Source of the DNA: an uncultured Acidimicrobiales bacterium
GTDB lineage: Bacteria; Actinomycetota; Acidimicrobiia; Acidimicrobiales; SHLQ01
Direction of reading: 5' to 3'
Assembly: GCA_938038785.1 (NCBI GenBank)
Contig: CALHTB010000082.1
Coordinates: 2,419 to 66,418 of the forward strand
Length of the DNA stretch: 64,000 nucleotides
Both the position numbers and the translations under genes were made by a program. Below are positions 56,692 through 64,000 of this stretch, piece by piece. The notes beneath the pieces were generated by a model. It was not told the origin of the DNA and did not search any database. It saw nothing but the letters and a program-made list of their open reading frames with translations. Every line of letters begins with the position of its first letter. The first letter of the stretch is position 1.

Positions 56692-57666
56692 TTACCGGGG
56701 CCAGCGGGTTGACGATGTGCCCATTGCCTTTGGAGCATCGGCATCGAGCTCCCACACTCTGCGCCAGCTCGCTGTCTGAGGGCCGGTGAGTCGCGGAGTG
56801 TCCTGCTCATGGGCCCGCTTACGAGCATCCCACCAGTTGGTCATCGCCTCATCGGCGAGCTCAGCGACCCGTGCTTCGATCCGGGTGTTGAATGCCCGGG
56901 CATCCTCGTCCTCACCGCAGTACAGCGGTTCCCCAAAAGTTATTGTCGTGCGGCTTCGGGTCGGCGTGCTCTTGCCTTTGCGAAGGATCCTGCCCGTGCC
57001 CTCGATGTGTACGGGCACCACGGGTGTGCTGGTTCGCTTAGCGATGAAGGCAGCTCCTCCGCGAAACGGTTGTCCCCATCCGTCGGGGCTTCGTCCCCCC
57101 TCGGGGAACACGACGAGCGACCACCCCTCGTCGATGAGGTCGCGAGCAAGATCGGTTGATGCCCGGCTGATCTTGGTGCGGTCGATCGGTATTGCGCCAA
57201 TGACTAACGCGGAGAGCGCCCCGGTTAGCCGAGAGCCAAAGAAATAGTCGGCCGCCGCTCCAATGACCGCGCGGTGCCTCCATGGGGTCGGCAGCGAGCT
57301 GAGCAACAGGGGCGTATCGACATGGCTGTGGTGGTTCGCAGCGAAGACCGCCGGACCCTCAAGACCCGACAGGCGATCGACGCCACGCCTCGTCGGCTGC
57401 GCTAGGCCAGCCATAACCGGACGGACCATCGTGTCTATAAGGACGGCTCGGGTTCGCCGTGCTGGTTCGGTGCGCGCCCAATCGGTCGGAAAGTCGGTGC
57501 CGGTGACGCCCCGCTTTTCGGGGACATCAACGGACTGTGGAATCGTTGGTGCTGTATAGGGAAAAGGAAGGGCCTGAAGTGGTCGGCGAAGCCGCCCGAC
57601 CATGGGAACTTCGGAGCCAGCGAGGCGCTGGGAGATCTTGGCTCGGTAGTTCGAAACTGCGGTCAT
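56692..57666 (-). CDS. PlsC-family lysophospholipid/glycerol-3-phosphate acyltransferase
   Basis: HX4D block ANHHSHVDTPLL, and VFPEGGRS. Confidence 0.85.
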   Translation of the reverse strand: MTAVSNYRAKISQRLAGSEVPMVGRLRRPLQALPFPYTAPTIPQSVDVPEKRGVTGTDFPTDWARTEPARRTRAVLIDTMVRPVMAGLAQPTRRGVDRLSGLEGPAVFAANHHSHVDTPLLLSSLPTPWRHRAVIGAAADYFFGSRLTGALSALVIGAIPIDRTKISRASTDLARDLIDEGWSLVVFPEGGRSPDGWGQPFRGGAAFIAKRTSTPVVPVHIEGTGRILRKGKSTPTRSRTTITFGEPLYCGEDEDARAFNTRIEARVAELADEAMTNWWDARKRAHEQDTPRLTGPQTASWRRVWELDADAPKAMGTSSTRWPR

Positions 57667-57673
57667 GGCCGGC

Positions 57674-59281
57674 CTACTTCACGTCCGCCATGAGCATCGG
57701 CGGGTTGTGATAGTGGGTGATCGTGGGCTGCGGACCAACGGTGTCGGTCGCCATCTCGAGGGCATCTTGCAATGTCGACGCCGGACGGAATCCAAGGCGA
57801 CGGACCGCTTTCGGGTCGCCTCCAACAACGATGACCTGACCGAGGTGCTGCAGCGCGTGGCTGCACCAGTACCACATGTAGAACGGATGCACGCCGTGGT
57901 AGGCGTAGCTCGTTCGGTAGAGGTGTCGATACCACTCGTCCTCGGCGTACTGCTTTTCGTACTTGCGCTCGATCTCGTGAGGGTCGGTGGTTTCGGCCAG
58001 AACCTGCTCGAAGAAGTCGATGTAGCTCGGATGATGCACCGGGTTGAAATCCCATGGTGTCGGATGGCTCATAATGAGCACGCCACCTTCGCGAACCAAC
58101 GGCTTTCCTCGGTACATGTTGAAGAAGTAGCCCAGGCCAAGCACCGCCACAAGGATCGGGTTCATCACCGAGTTCACGTTGTACGGGCAGATATACGGAA
58201 GGCCCATCGTCATGATGTCGGTCTGGCCCTCTACGGGGACCAGGTGCTGGGCGAAGGTGTTCTCGGTCGTGACCTTGTGCACGGCCTCGATCTCGCCCGC
58301 TTGAACCGACGTGAGCTCGTACGGAGCCTTCCAGTTGTGGAAGACCTTTCGGCGGGCCGATGCCGTCATGTAGTTGAGGCCGCCCTGCATGGCGAGGAAC
58401 TTGGCCCGGTCTCGGCCGGTCCATTCCCACTCACGCTTCTGCAGCATCGACAACGGGCCGGTCTCGCCGAACGTGTTGTTGTTGATCGTCGTTTCAATTT
58501 GGAAGATCTTGACGCCGGCATTGCGGATAACGTCGCCCTGGCGCCAGTTCTTGGTGTGTAACTCGGAGTTCGGCGGGTCCATGAACGACTTCGACTTCTG
58601 CATCGTGTCGACGTTGTGGTGGTGGCGAAGCGCGGTGTAGCCCGACAGGCCGGTGGCGGTGCTCTTGTGACCACCGTCCATCGACACCAGGTTGATGTTG
58701 ACGTAGACGGTTAGGTCACTATCGACAGCCCGCTTGGAGATTTGCACCTCTTCGCCGTGGAGCGTTTCACCCAAGTGGGTCATGCCGTCGGGGTCTTCGG
58801 CGTCGTGGTTGTAGAGGCGGCCGCTCGGCGCAAACGCGTCGTACACGCGGTCGCCAACGGCGTGGCGCAGCTCGTCTTCGGTCATCCGGCGATGCAACGC
58901 GAGAGCAGCGATGATGTGTACATCGTCGACGCCAACCTCCGCGGCGATGTCGAGGACCGCTTCGATGATTCGCTGCCGAATATCGGGCTTGCGCATAGGC
59001 GGTAGAGGCAGGCTGATGTCGTCGAATGCGATGGTTAGCTTCATGTCCGGCGACATGAGTGCTTTCAGCGGCTCGGAGTCAATCGGGTTGTCGAGCGCAT
59101 CACGGATTGCTTGCTCGGGGTCCGTTAGACCGCGTAGGGGCTCGGCTGGGTAGATGATCCGGGACCGCCCAACCGGCAACTTCTCCATCCGGAAATTCTC
59201 ACCGTGGTGGAACAGCACGGGTGGGGTGGAGGCATCAACGTCGAGCACAAGGCCTGGACGTGGTGCTTTGCGAGGGCTCAT
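57674..59281 (-). CDS. LarA-like (lactate racemase N-terminal domain / DUF2088) protein
   Basis: 535 aa. The N-terminal region (KLTIAFDDISLPLPP...HIIAALALHRRMT...) and DGGHKSTATGLSGYTALRHHHN resemble the LarA family as I recall it. ATGA overlap with the upstream gene at 59278-59281. Confidence 0.7.
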   Translation of the reverse strand: MSPRKAPRPGLVLDVDASTPPVLFHHGENFRMEKLPVGRSRIIYPAEPLRGLTDPEQAIRDALDNPIDSEPLKALMSPDMKLTIAFDDISLPLPPMRKPDIRQRIIEAVLDIAAEVGVDDVHIIAALALHRRMTEDELRHAVGDRVYDAFAPSGRLYNHDAEDPDGMTHLGETLHGEEVQISKRAVDSDLTVYVNINLVSMDGGHKSTATGLSGYTALRHHHNVDTMQKSKSFMDPPNSELHTKNWRQGDVIRNAGVKIFQIETTINNNTFGETGPLSMLQKREWEWTGRDRAKFLAMQGGLNYMTASARRKVFHNWKAPYELTSVQAGEIEAVHKVTTENTFAQHLVPVEGQTDIMTMGLPYICPYNVNSVMNPILVAVLGLGYFFNMYRGKPLVREGGVLIMSHPTPWDFNPVHHPSYIDFFEQVLAETTDPHEIERKYEKQYAEDEWYRHLYRTSYAYHGVHPFYMWYWCSHALQHLGQVIVVGGDPKAVRRLGFRPASTLQDALEMATDTVGPQPTITHYHNPPMLMADVK

Positions 59282-61686
59282 CGGCGAGTCTTCTCCTTGG
59301 CGAATCCTGGGCCACGATTCATCATCGAGCTCAGCAGGGGTTCAGATCGGGCGCCGGTTCGCGGCGCGATGGGAAGCCGTCGGGCGGGGGCGCCGGATTG
59401 CTTCTGGAAGTCTTCGACTAGCCAGCCACGCTTGCGGGCAATGGCGGCGAGCTTTGTTTCTGGATTAACCGCAACCGGGAAGCCGACGGCTTCGAGCATC
59501 GGGAGGTCGCTCGACGAGTCAGCGTAGGCAACGGCTTCGCGTAGATCGATATTGTTGGCCTCTGCGAAGTCGGCGAGCACTTGGAAGCGATTCTCGGCGG
59601 TTGGTGGGACTGCGGTCATGCCGCCGGTGTAGCGGCCGTTGACCTCGCCCATTTCGGCAGAAATGATGTCGTCGAAGAGCGGTCGCAACGGTTCGATCAC
59701 AAAATCGAGAGCGCCGGTGATAAGCAACGTGCGATGGCCGAGCGCACGGTGCTCGCGAACCCGACGGATTGCAGCCGGGAAGGCCTTTGCCAGGAGATAG
59801 TCGCTAAGGAGCTCTTGCGCGTCGTGCTCGATTTGGCCGGTGGTTGCGCCGCGATAGTTGCGGTAGAAGCTTCGAAGGAAGTCGCTTCGGTCCTTACGAT
59901 CGAGCGCAAGCCATCCCGGACCCTGAGACAGTGCCCTAGCGGCAAAAACCACTCGCTCGCTGGGGGAGAGGTTGCGGGTGGCGAGCCATGCGAATGAGGT
60001 AACGACGTTCGATGCGATGATCGTGTTCTCGAGGTCGAAGACGGCGAGCTGGCGGTCGGGGGACAGCACCTGTCCGCGAAGACGTGTCGCTCGTGTGGGG
60101 CCGGTCTTCTTTCCCGGCGAGGTCTTTGCACGAGCTTGGCGAACAACCGATGGCAAATGGACGTTCTGGACGTAGTGCTTCCAGTCGATAACCCTCGGGT
60201 CAAACCCGAACGCTTCTTGATCTTGCGGGGTGAGGTCGTCCCAGAGTCCAAGCAGGTTCTCGAGCCCGTAGAGCGCTTCGCACTCGGCATAGGCGCCATA
60301 GAGTTCGACGTAGCCCGATGCTTGGTCGAGCAGTTCTTTGCGGGCCTGCAGAGTCATGGCGTATTCAGCAGTGCGTCCACGCAGGGGCAACTTTTCGAGC
60401 ACTTGGTCAGCGCGTTCAAGGCTTGTGCGTGCTCGTACTAGCTGGCGCTCGACTCGACCTCGACCAGGGAATTGCCATGCAGCTACCGCGATTGGTTGGC
60501 CGAGCTCGTCATAGATTGGGTTGCGGGTGAACCAGTCTTCGGCGTAGTCGACAAGGTTCTTGTAGCGGAGCGGGTTCTGGGAACCGGAGGCGACCTGAGT
60601 GACGTCGGGCCCGTCGTCCTTGGGGCCTCGGGCCGACACGGCAATGATGGCGGCGACAACCATGTCGACGGGGATCACATCGACGACACCTTCGGGAACC
60701 CCAGGGAACTCGCTTAGCAAACCGCGTGCGTAGGAGATGATGACCGGCTCGGCCATCCGGAAGCCGCGAATCCATCCTGCTGAGGGTTCGGACCATGCAG
60801 ATTCGATGATGGAGGGGCGCACGATAGAGACCGGGACATCACCGCGTCGCTCGACTACGGCCAGCTCGCCCAGCGCTTTGGTGTAGGCGTACGCGTCGGG
60901 AAAGCCGAGCGACGACGCTCGAGCTCGCCCGTTCTCGACCATCTGGGTGGTAACCCACGTTTGTCGGATGGTCTCGGTCTTGGCGGCGAGCGCTGGCGTG
61001 CCAACAGCCCCGAGCTCGCGCTGGGCTTCGGCCCGGAACTGGGTGAGGCGGTTGGGTTGGCGGCTGGCGGTCTCTTCGTCGAGGCGGCTGCGCCGGGCGG
61101 CGTCGACCTCGCGGCGCCAATCGACATCGACAAAGTACGGACTCTCGTCGACGAGTTGCTCGGGGGCTGACCCCCTGCGGCTTCCGGCGACGTAACAGGT
61201 CGATACTGCGACGAGGTGAGGGGTGACTCCGTGGTCGTTGCACAGGTTGGCGATGCGCTGTGGGCCGAGCAGGTTGACCTCGACCGCGGTGTCGAGGGGA
61301 GAGTCGAAGGAGACGGTTGCAGCTGAGTGGATGATCACGTCTGCGGTGAGCCAGAGCGCGAGGTCGTCGTCGGAGAGCCCGAGCCCGTCGGTGCCTACAT
61401 CGCCGGCTACTGCGGTTATCCGTCGTTCGCACATCTCGGCGAACTCGTCCTTGCCAAGGTCTTCTCGCAGCCGGTTGAACGCATCGTTCTTCAAGACATC
61501 TCGGGTGACGCGCGCTTGGGCGCCCCGGCGGCCGGGGCGAACCAACAAGATGAGTTCGCAGTCTGGAACCGAACGTACCAGGCGTTCGATGAGCGCTGTG
61601 CCCAAGAAGCCGGTGGATCCGGTGACGGCGATTCGTTTTCCCGCAAGACTCTCGCTGATCACAAGACTGTGTCTACCAGCAATCAT
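59278..61686 (-). CDS. Fusion protein: fatty acyl-CoA/ACP reductase (NAD_binding_4 'male sterility' type SDR) + HAD-IB hydrolase domain
   Basis: From the ATG at 61686. Rossmann motif IAVTGSTGFLGTAL, catalytic YAYTKALGE (YxxxK). The C-terminal third has LAVFDLENTII (HAD motif I with DxE instead of DxD), LITGALDF and YADSSSDLPML (motif IV). Confidence 0.85.
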   Translation of the reverse strand: MIAGRHSLVISESLAGKRIAVTGSTGFLGTALIERLVRSVPDCELILLVRPGRRGAQARVTRDVLKNDAFNRLREDLGKDEFAEMCERRITAVAGDVGTDGLGLSDDDLALWLTADVIIHSAATVSFDSPLDTAVEVNLLGPQRIANLCNDHGVTPHLVAVSTCYVAGSRRGSAPEQLVDESPYFVDVDWRREVDAARRSRLDEETASRQPNRLTQFRAEAQRELGAVGTPALAAKTETIRQTWVTTQMVENGRARASSLGFPDAYAYTKALGELAVVERRGDVPVSIVRPSIIESAWSEPSAGWIRGFRMAEPVIISYARGLLSEFPGVPEGVVDVIPVDMVVAAIIAVSARGPKDDGPDVTQVASGSQNPLRYKNLVDYAEDWFTRNPIYDELGQPIAVAAWQFPGRGRVERQLVRARTSLERADQVLEKLPLRGRTAEYAMTLQARKELLDQASGYVELYGAYAECEALYGLENLLGLWDDLTPQDQEAFGFDPRVIDWKHYVQNVHLPSVVRQARAKTSPGKKTGPTRATRLRGQVLSPDRQLAVFDLENTIIASNVVTSFAWLATRNLSPSERVVFAARALSQGPGWLALDRKDRSDFLRSFYRNYRGATTGQIEHDAQELLSDYLLAKAFPAAIRRVREHRALGHRTLLITGALDFVIEPLRPLFDDIISAEMGEVNGRYTGGMTAVPPTAENRFQVLADFAEANNIDLREAVAYADSSSDLPMLEAVGFPVAVNPETKLAAIARKRGWLVEDFQKQSGAPARRLPIAPRTGARSEPLLSSMMNRGPGFAKEKTRR

Positions 61687-61692
61687 GCAGCA

Positions 61693-61708
61693 TCTACCAA
61701 TTGGTAGA
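61693..61708. promoter_or_regulatory. Perfect 16-bp palindrome TCTACCAATTGGTAGA in the 51-bp divergent region; candidate TetR operator
   Basis: Read directly from the sequence. It sits between the reductase start (61686) and the tetR start (61738). Confidence 0.6.
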
Positions 61709-61737
61709 GAGAACAATTTCGTGCGTACAGTCGATTC

Positions 61738-62325
61738 ATGAGCACCAAGCAGCGGATTCTTGACACCGCGCTCGATTCCTTTGGGACGACCGGAGTCGAC
61801 GGGACATCACTGGATGCTCTTGCCCGGGAGCTCGGGCTTCGAAAGCAGTCGATTTTGTACCACTTCCGGTCGAAGCAAGTGCTGTTCGAAGCGGTGCTCG
61901 ACGAGGCGGCGACCCAGTTCATCTCTGAGCTCGATCAGGTAGTCGACCTGGTAGACCCGAACGATGTGTGGGCCCAAGTAGAAAGCACGGTCCGCGTGGT
62001 CTTTCGTCTTGCGGTACAGCGCCCGGCCTTGCTGGGGTTGCTGCGCGAAGCCTCGCGGCCAGGTTCGATGGTGGCGGTGCAGCTGTCGTCGCGGCTAGCC
62101 AATCACATCGACGCCGCCCAGCATTCCCTCGAGATTGCGCTCAAGGATGGACGGGTGCGAGGCGAGGATGCTCGGCTGCTGCTGTTCTCGCTGTACTCAA
62201 CGATCATGGGCGTGGCCACTGAAGTCGAGGTACTGCGAGCAATGGGCGTAGAACCCAGCCTCCGATCCTTGGCCGAACGCCGCCAAGAACTACTCAGGTT
62301 CCTGAAAGTAGCTTTGGTGCCATAA
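61738..62325 (+). CDS. TetR-family transcriptional regulator
   Basis: RILDTALDSFGTTGVDGTSLDALARELGLRKQSILYHFRSKQVLFEAVL (TetR HTH). Confidence 0.9.
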   Translation: MSTKQRILDTALDSFGTTGVDGTSLDALARELGLRKQSILYHFRSKQVLFEAVLDEAATQFISELDQVVDLVDPNDVWAQVESTVRVVFRLAVQRPALLGLLREASRPGSMVAVQLSSRLANHIDAAQHSLEIALKDGRVRGEDARLLLFSLYSTIMGVATEVEVLRAMGVEPSLRSLAERRQELLRFLKVALVP

Positions 62326-62385
62326 CTCGTCGAATGTCGACAAGTGATGTCGGCTTCCGCGGATCTCGGCGGAAGTCCGAGGAAG

Positions 62386-62547
62386 CTACAGAGCTGCCAT
62401 GCCGAAGGCGGTCATGACGGGGGACGCAAGCGCGATCGCTAAGGCGATCGCCAAGATCAGTGAGAGCGCCACCCACAACGCAATTTTGGCCGCCTGGCCT
62501 GTTGAGAGGTTGAGCGAGTTGCTCGGCCTCTCCTGTACTTCAGTCAT
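62386..62547 (-). CDS. Candidate 53-aa single-TM protein (below the ORF-track cutoff)
   Basis: My own translation: MTEVQERPSNSLNLSTGQAAKIALWVALSLILAIALAIALASPVMTAFGMAAL. No clear RBS. Confidence 0.3.
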   Translation of the reverse strand: MTEVQERPSNSLNLSTGQAAKIALWVALSLILAIALAIALASPVMTAFGMAAL

Positions 62548-62689
62548 GCTGTCCACGTATTAGGGACGCACGAATGTACAAAATAGTTTCAAAAAAACAC
62601 CGGTGAGTGGCGCAGGTCACACGCATTGTCACCAATGTTGGGGTGGCTGGAGTGCCTTACCCGCGTGAAAGATGGGCCGATAGGCCTAC

Positions 62690-64000
62690 GTGCGCCCCAC
62701 TCCCCATCAAGAAGGCCATCGAAAAGGCCATCGAGAAGATATTGAAGGTCTTCGTTCTGTTGCGGTGCTGCTGGTTTTGCTCTATCACGCCGGGCTGAGT
62801 TGGTTCGGCGGGGGATTTGTCGGGGTCGATGTCTTCTTTGTGCTCTCGGGGTTTTTGATCACGGGGATTTTGGTTCGCGAGCTCGACACAACTGGAACAA
62901 TCAAATTGCTTCGGTTTTATGCCAAGCGTGCTCGGCGGTTATTGCCGGCATCATTTGCCGTTCTGTTGTTCGTGAGCGTCATTGTGTTTGCCGTGCCACG
63001 GTGGGCGCCGAACATCGTGACCCCGCAGCTCTACGGGCGATCAATCTCGTGGGACATCCAGCGCTCGGCGCTGTACATCGTGAACTGGTTGTTCGCTGAG
63101 CGTTCGGTCGACTACCACGGCGGGTCTGCGTTGGCTTCTCCTGTCCAACACTTCTGGTCCTTGAGTATCGAAGAGCAGTTCTATGCGGTGTGGCCGGTGG
63201 TCATGTTGTCGACGTCGTTGGTCTTTGCCCGGTCGAAACGGGCACTGGTTCTCGTGCTCGGCGCAGTAACGCTTGCGTCTCTTGCGTATTCGATTTGGTT
63301 GACACAAACATCGCCCGACCAGGCGTACTTCGTGACCACGGCACGGGCATGGGAGTTGTCGCTCGGTGGTCTCGGGGCGTTGGCGGTTCCCACTGTCAAC
63401 CGCTGGGCGGTGAATCGGTTGATCGCACCGATCGCATCGGCCGCGGTAACGGTCGGATTGATTGCAATCGTTGCAAGTGCCGTCGCGATGGATGCGAGCA
63501 CTGCCTTCCCCGGCGCCGCCGCCCTGGTGCCGACGCTCGGCACGCTTGGCGTATTGCTGGCCGCGCCACATGCCGGACTCAGTCGTGGGGTGCGGTGGCT
63601 TAGCGCACCTTCGCTGCAATGGCTCGGGGCCCGATCGTATTCGCTCTACCTGTGGCATTGGCCGGTCCTTTGGCTCGGCATTGCAATCCTTGGACCAACT
63701 CCTGTTTCGGTCCGGTTAGTGCTTGTCGCGGTATCTATCGTTCCTGCGATGGCTTCGTACCGATGGGTCGAGCAGCCGTGGCGAACGGCCGACTTCTTGG
63801 TAACCCTTCCGATGGGCGGCCTTGCCCTTACTGGCGTCACCGCGGTTGCTGGATTTGCGCTCGGTGCCGCGCTATTGGCTTCGACCACTGGGCCATCGGT
63901 CGTGGCTCGGCAACAAGACGGTGTCTCGACCGAGGTTCTCGGTGTGCAACTGCGGTCGAGCGAATTGTCGCCGGCTTTCTCGCAGGTCCGATACGACCTG
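62690..64000 (+). CDS. Acyltransferase family 3 (OafA/YrhL-like) membrane protein, 3' partial
   Basis: My own translation, as this frame is not in the track: ...IEGLRSVAVLLVLLYHAGLSWFGGGFVGVDVFFVLSGFLITGIL...FYAKRARRLLPA...HFWSLSIEEQFYAVWP. Putative GTG start at 62690. The frame stays open to the window end. Confidence 0.8.
   Translation, partial: MRPTPHQEGHRKGHREDIEGLRSVAVLLVLLYHAGLSWFGGGFVGVDVFFVLSGFLITGILVRELDTTGTIKLLRFYAKRARRLLPASFAVLLFVSVIVFAVPRWAPNIVTPQLYGRSISWDIQRSALYIVNWLFAERSVDYHGGSALASPVQHFWSLSIEEQFYAVWPVVMLSTSLVFARSKRALVLVLGAVTLASLAYSIWLTQTSPDQAYFVTTARAWELSLGGLGALAVPTVNRWAVNRLIAPIASAAVTVGLIAIVASAVAMDASTAFPGAAALVPTLGTLGVLLAAPHAGLSRGVRWLSAPSLQWLGARSYSLYLWHWPVLWLGIAILGPTPVSVRLVLVAVSIVPAMASYRWVEQPWRTADFLVTLPMGGLALTGVTAVAGFALGAALLASTTGPSVVARQQDGVSTEVLGVQLRSSELSPAFSQVRYDL

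Noticed and set aside
57663-58561. 255-aa minus and 298-aa + alternative-frame ORFs inside the LarA-like gene
   Set aside because: They are Arg/Pro/Gly-rich shadow frames. The 535-aa frame has family-like motifs and is translationally coupled to its neighbours.

Overview
This is a high-GC, densely coding bacterial chromosomal segment. I found no rRNA, tRNA, CRISPR array, transposase or prophage genes. The order recA ... miaB ... miaA-dapF-hflX ... lexA / divergent LysM gene matches the conserved Actinomycetota core synteny. I therefore infer an actinobacterial chromosome; the class is uncertain (possibly Acidimicrobiia-like, low confidence).

Content from left to right:
- 1-11.5 kb: a galactoside/glucoside utilisation locus. 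It has an ABC sugar-binding lipoprotein (partial), a DeoR regulator, two permeases, GH4 alpha-galactosidase MelA, GalK, a GH2 beta-galactosidase and a GH1 beta-glucosidase. There is no ABC ATPase.
- 11.5-16.5 kb: a DEAD-box helicase, two unknown exported proteins and a 2OG-Fe(II) oxygenase.
- 16.5-21.3 kb: a four-gene minus-strand envelope operon of unknown function. It encodes two membrane proteins, a His/Asp-rich lipoprotein and a PAP2/vanadium-haloperoxidase-like lipoprotein.
- 21.4-23.3 kb: an unusual repeat-rich FAS1 protein with an LAxTG sorting signal.
- 23.3-26.9 kb: an orphan AAA+ ATPase, an MFS transporter and a hypothetical protein.
- 27-37 kb: recA (with an SOS box, no recX), a bPH membrane-protein pair, miaB, a degenerate APH-like gene, miaA, dapF, hflX, dapC and dapE.
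- 37-44 kb: lexA and a divergent LysM gene with several SOS boxes, a RibD_C-like reductase, class II ribonucleotide reductase nrdJ interrupted by a 402-aa LAGLIDADG intein, and tdk.
- 44-53 kb: an S8 protease with RTX repeats, gltA, a carboxyltransferase, a LysR regulator and a short aconitase.
- 53-56 kb: a candidate 37-aa peptide and a MalT-like/TPR regulator carrying a C-terminal SARP module.
- 56.7-62.3 kb: a translationally coupled operon (acyl reductase-HAD fusion, LarA-like protein, PlsC-type acyltransferase) under a divergent TetR regulator with a perfect palindromic operator.
- 62.7 kb to end: an acyltransferase-3 gene (partial).

Most of the window is ordinary core genome. The most interesting items are the nrdJ intein, the reductase/LarA-like/acyltransferase operon, the four-gene envelope operon and several unexplained structured or palindromic intergenic elements. 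All functional calls rest on motif recognition by eye and recollection; no database search was run.
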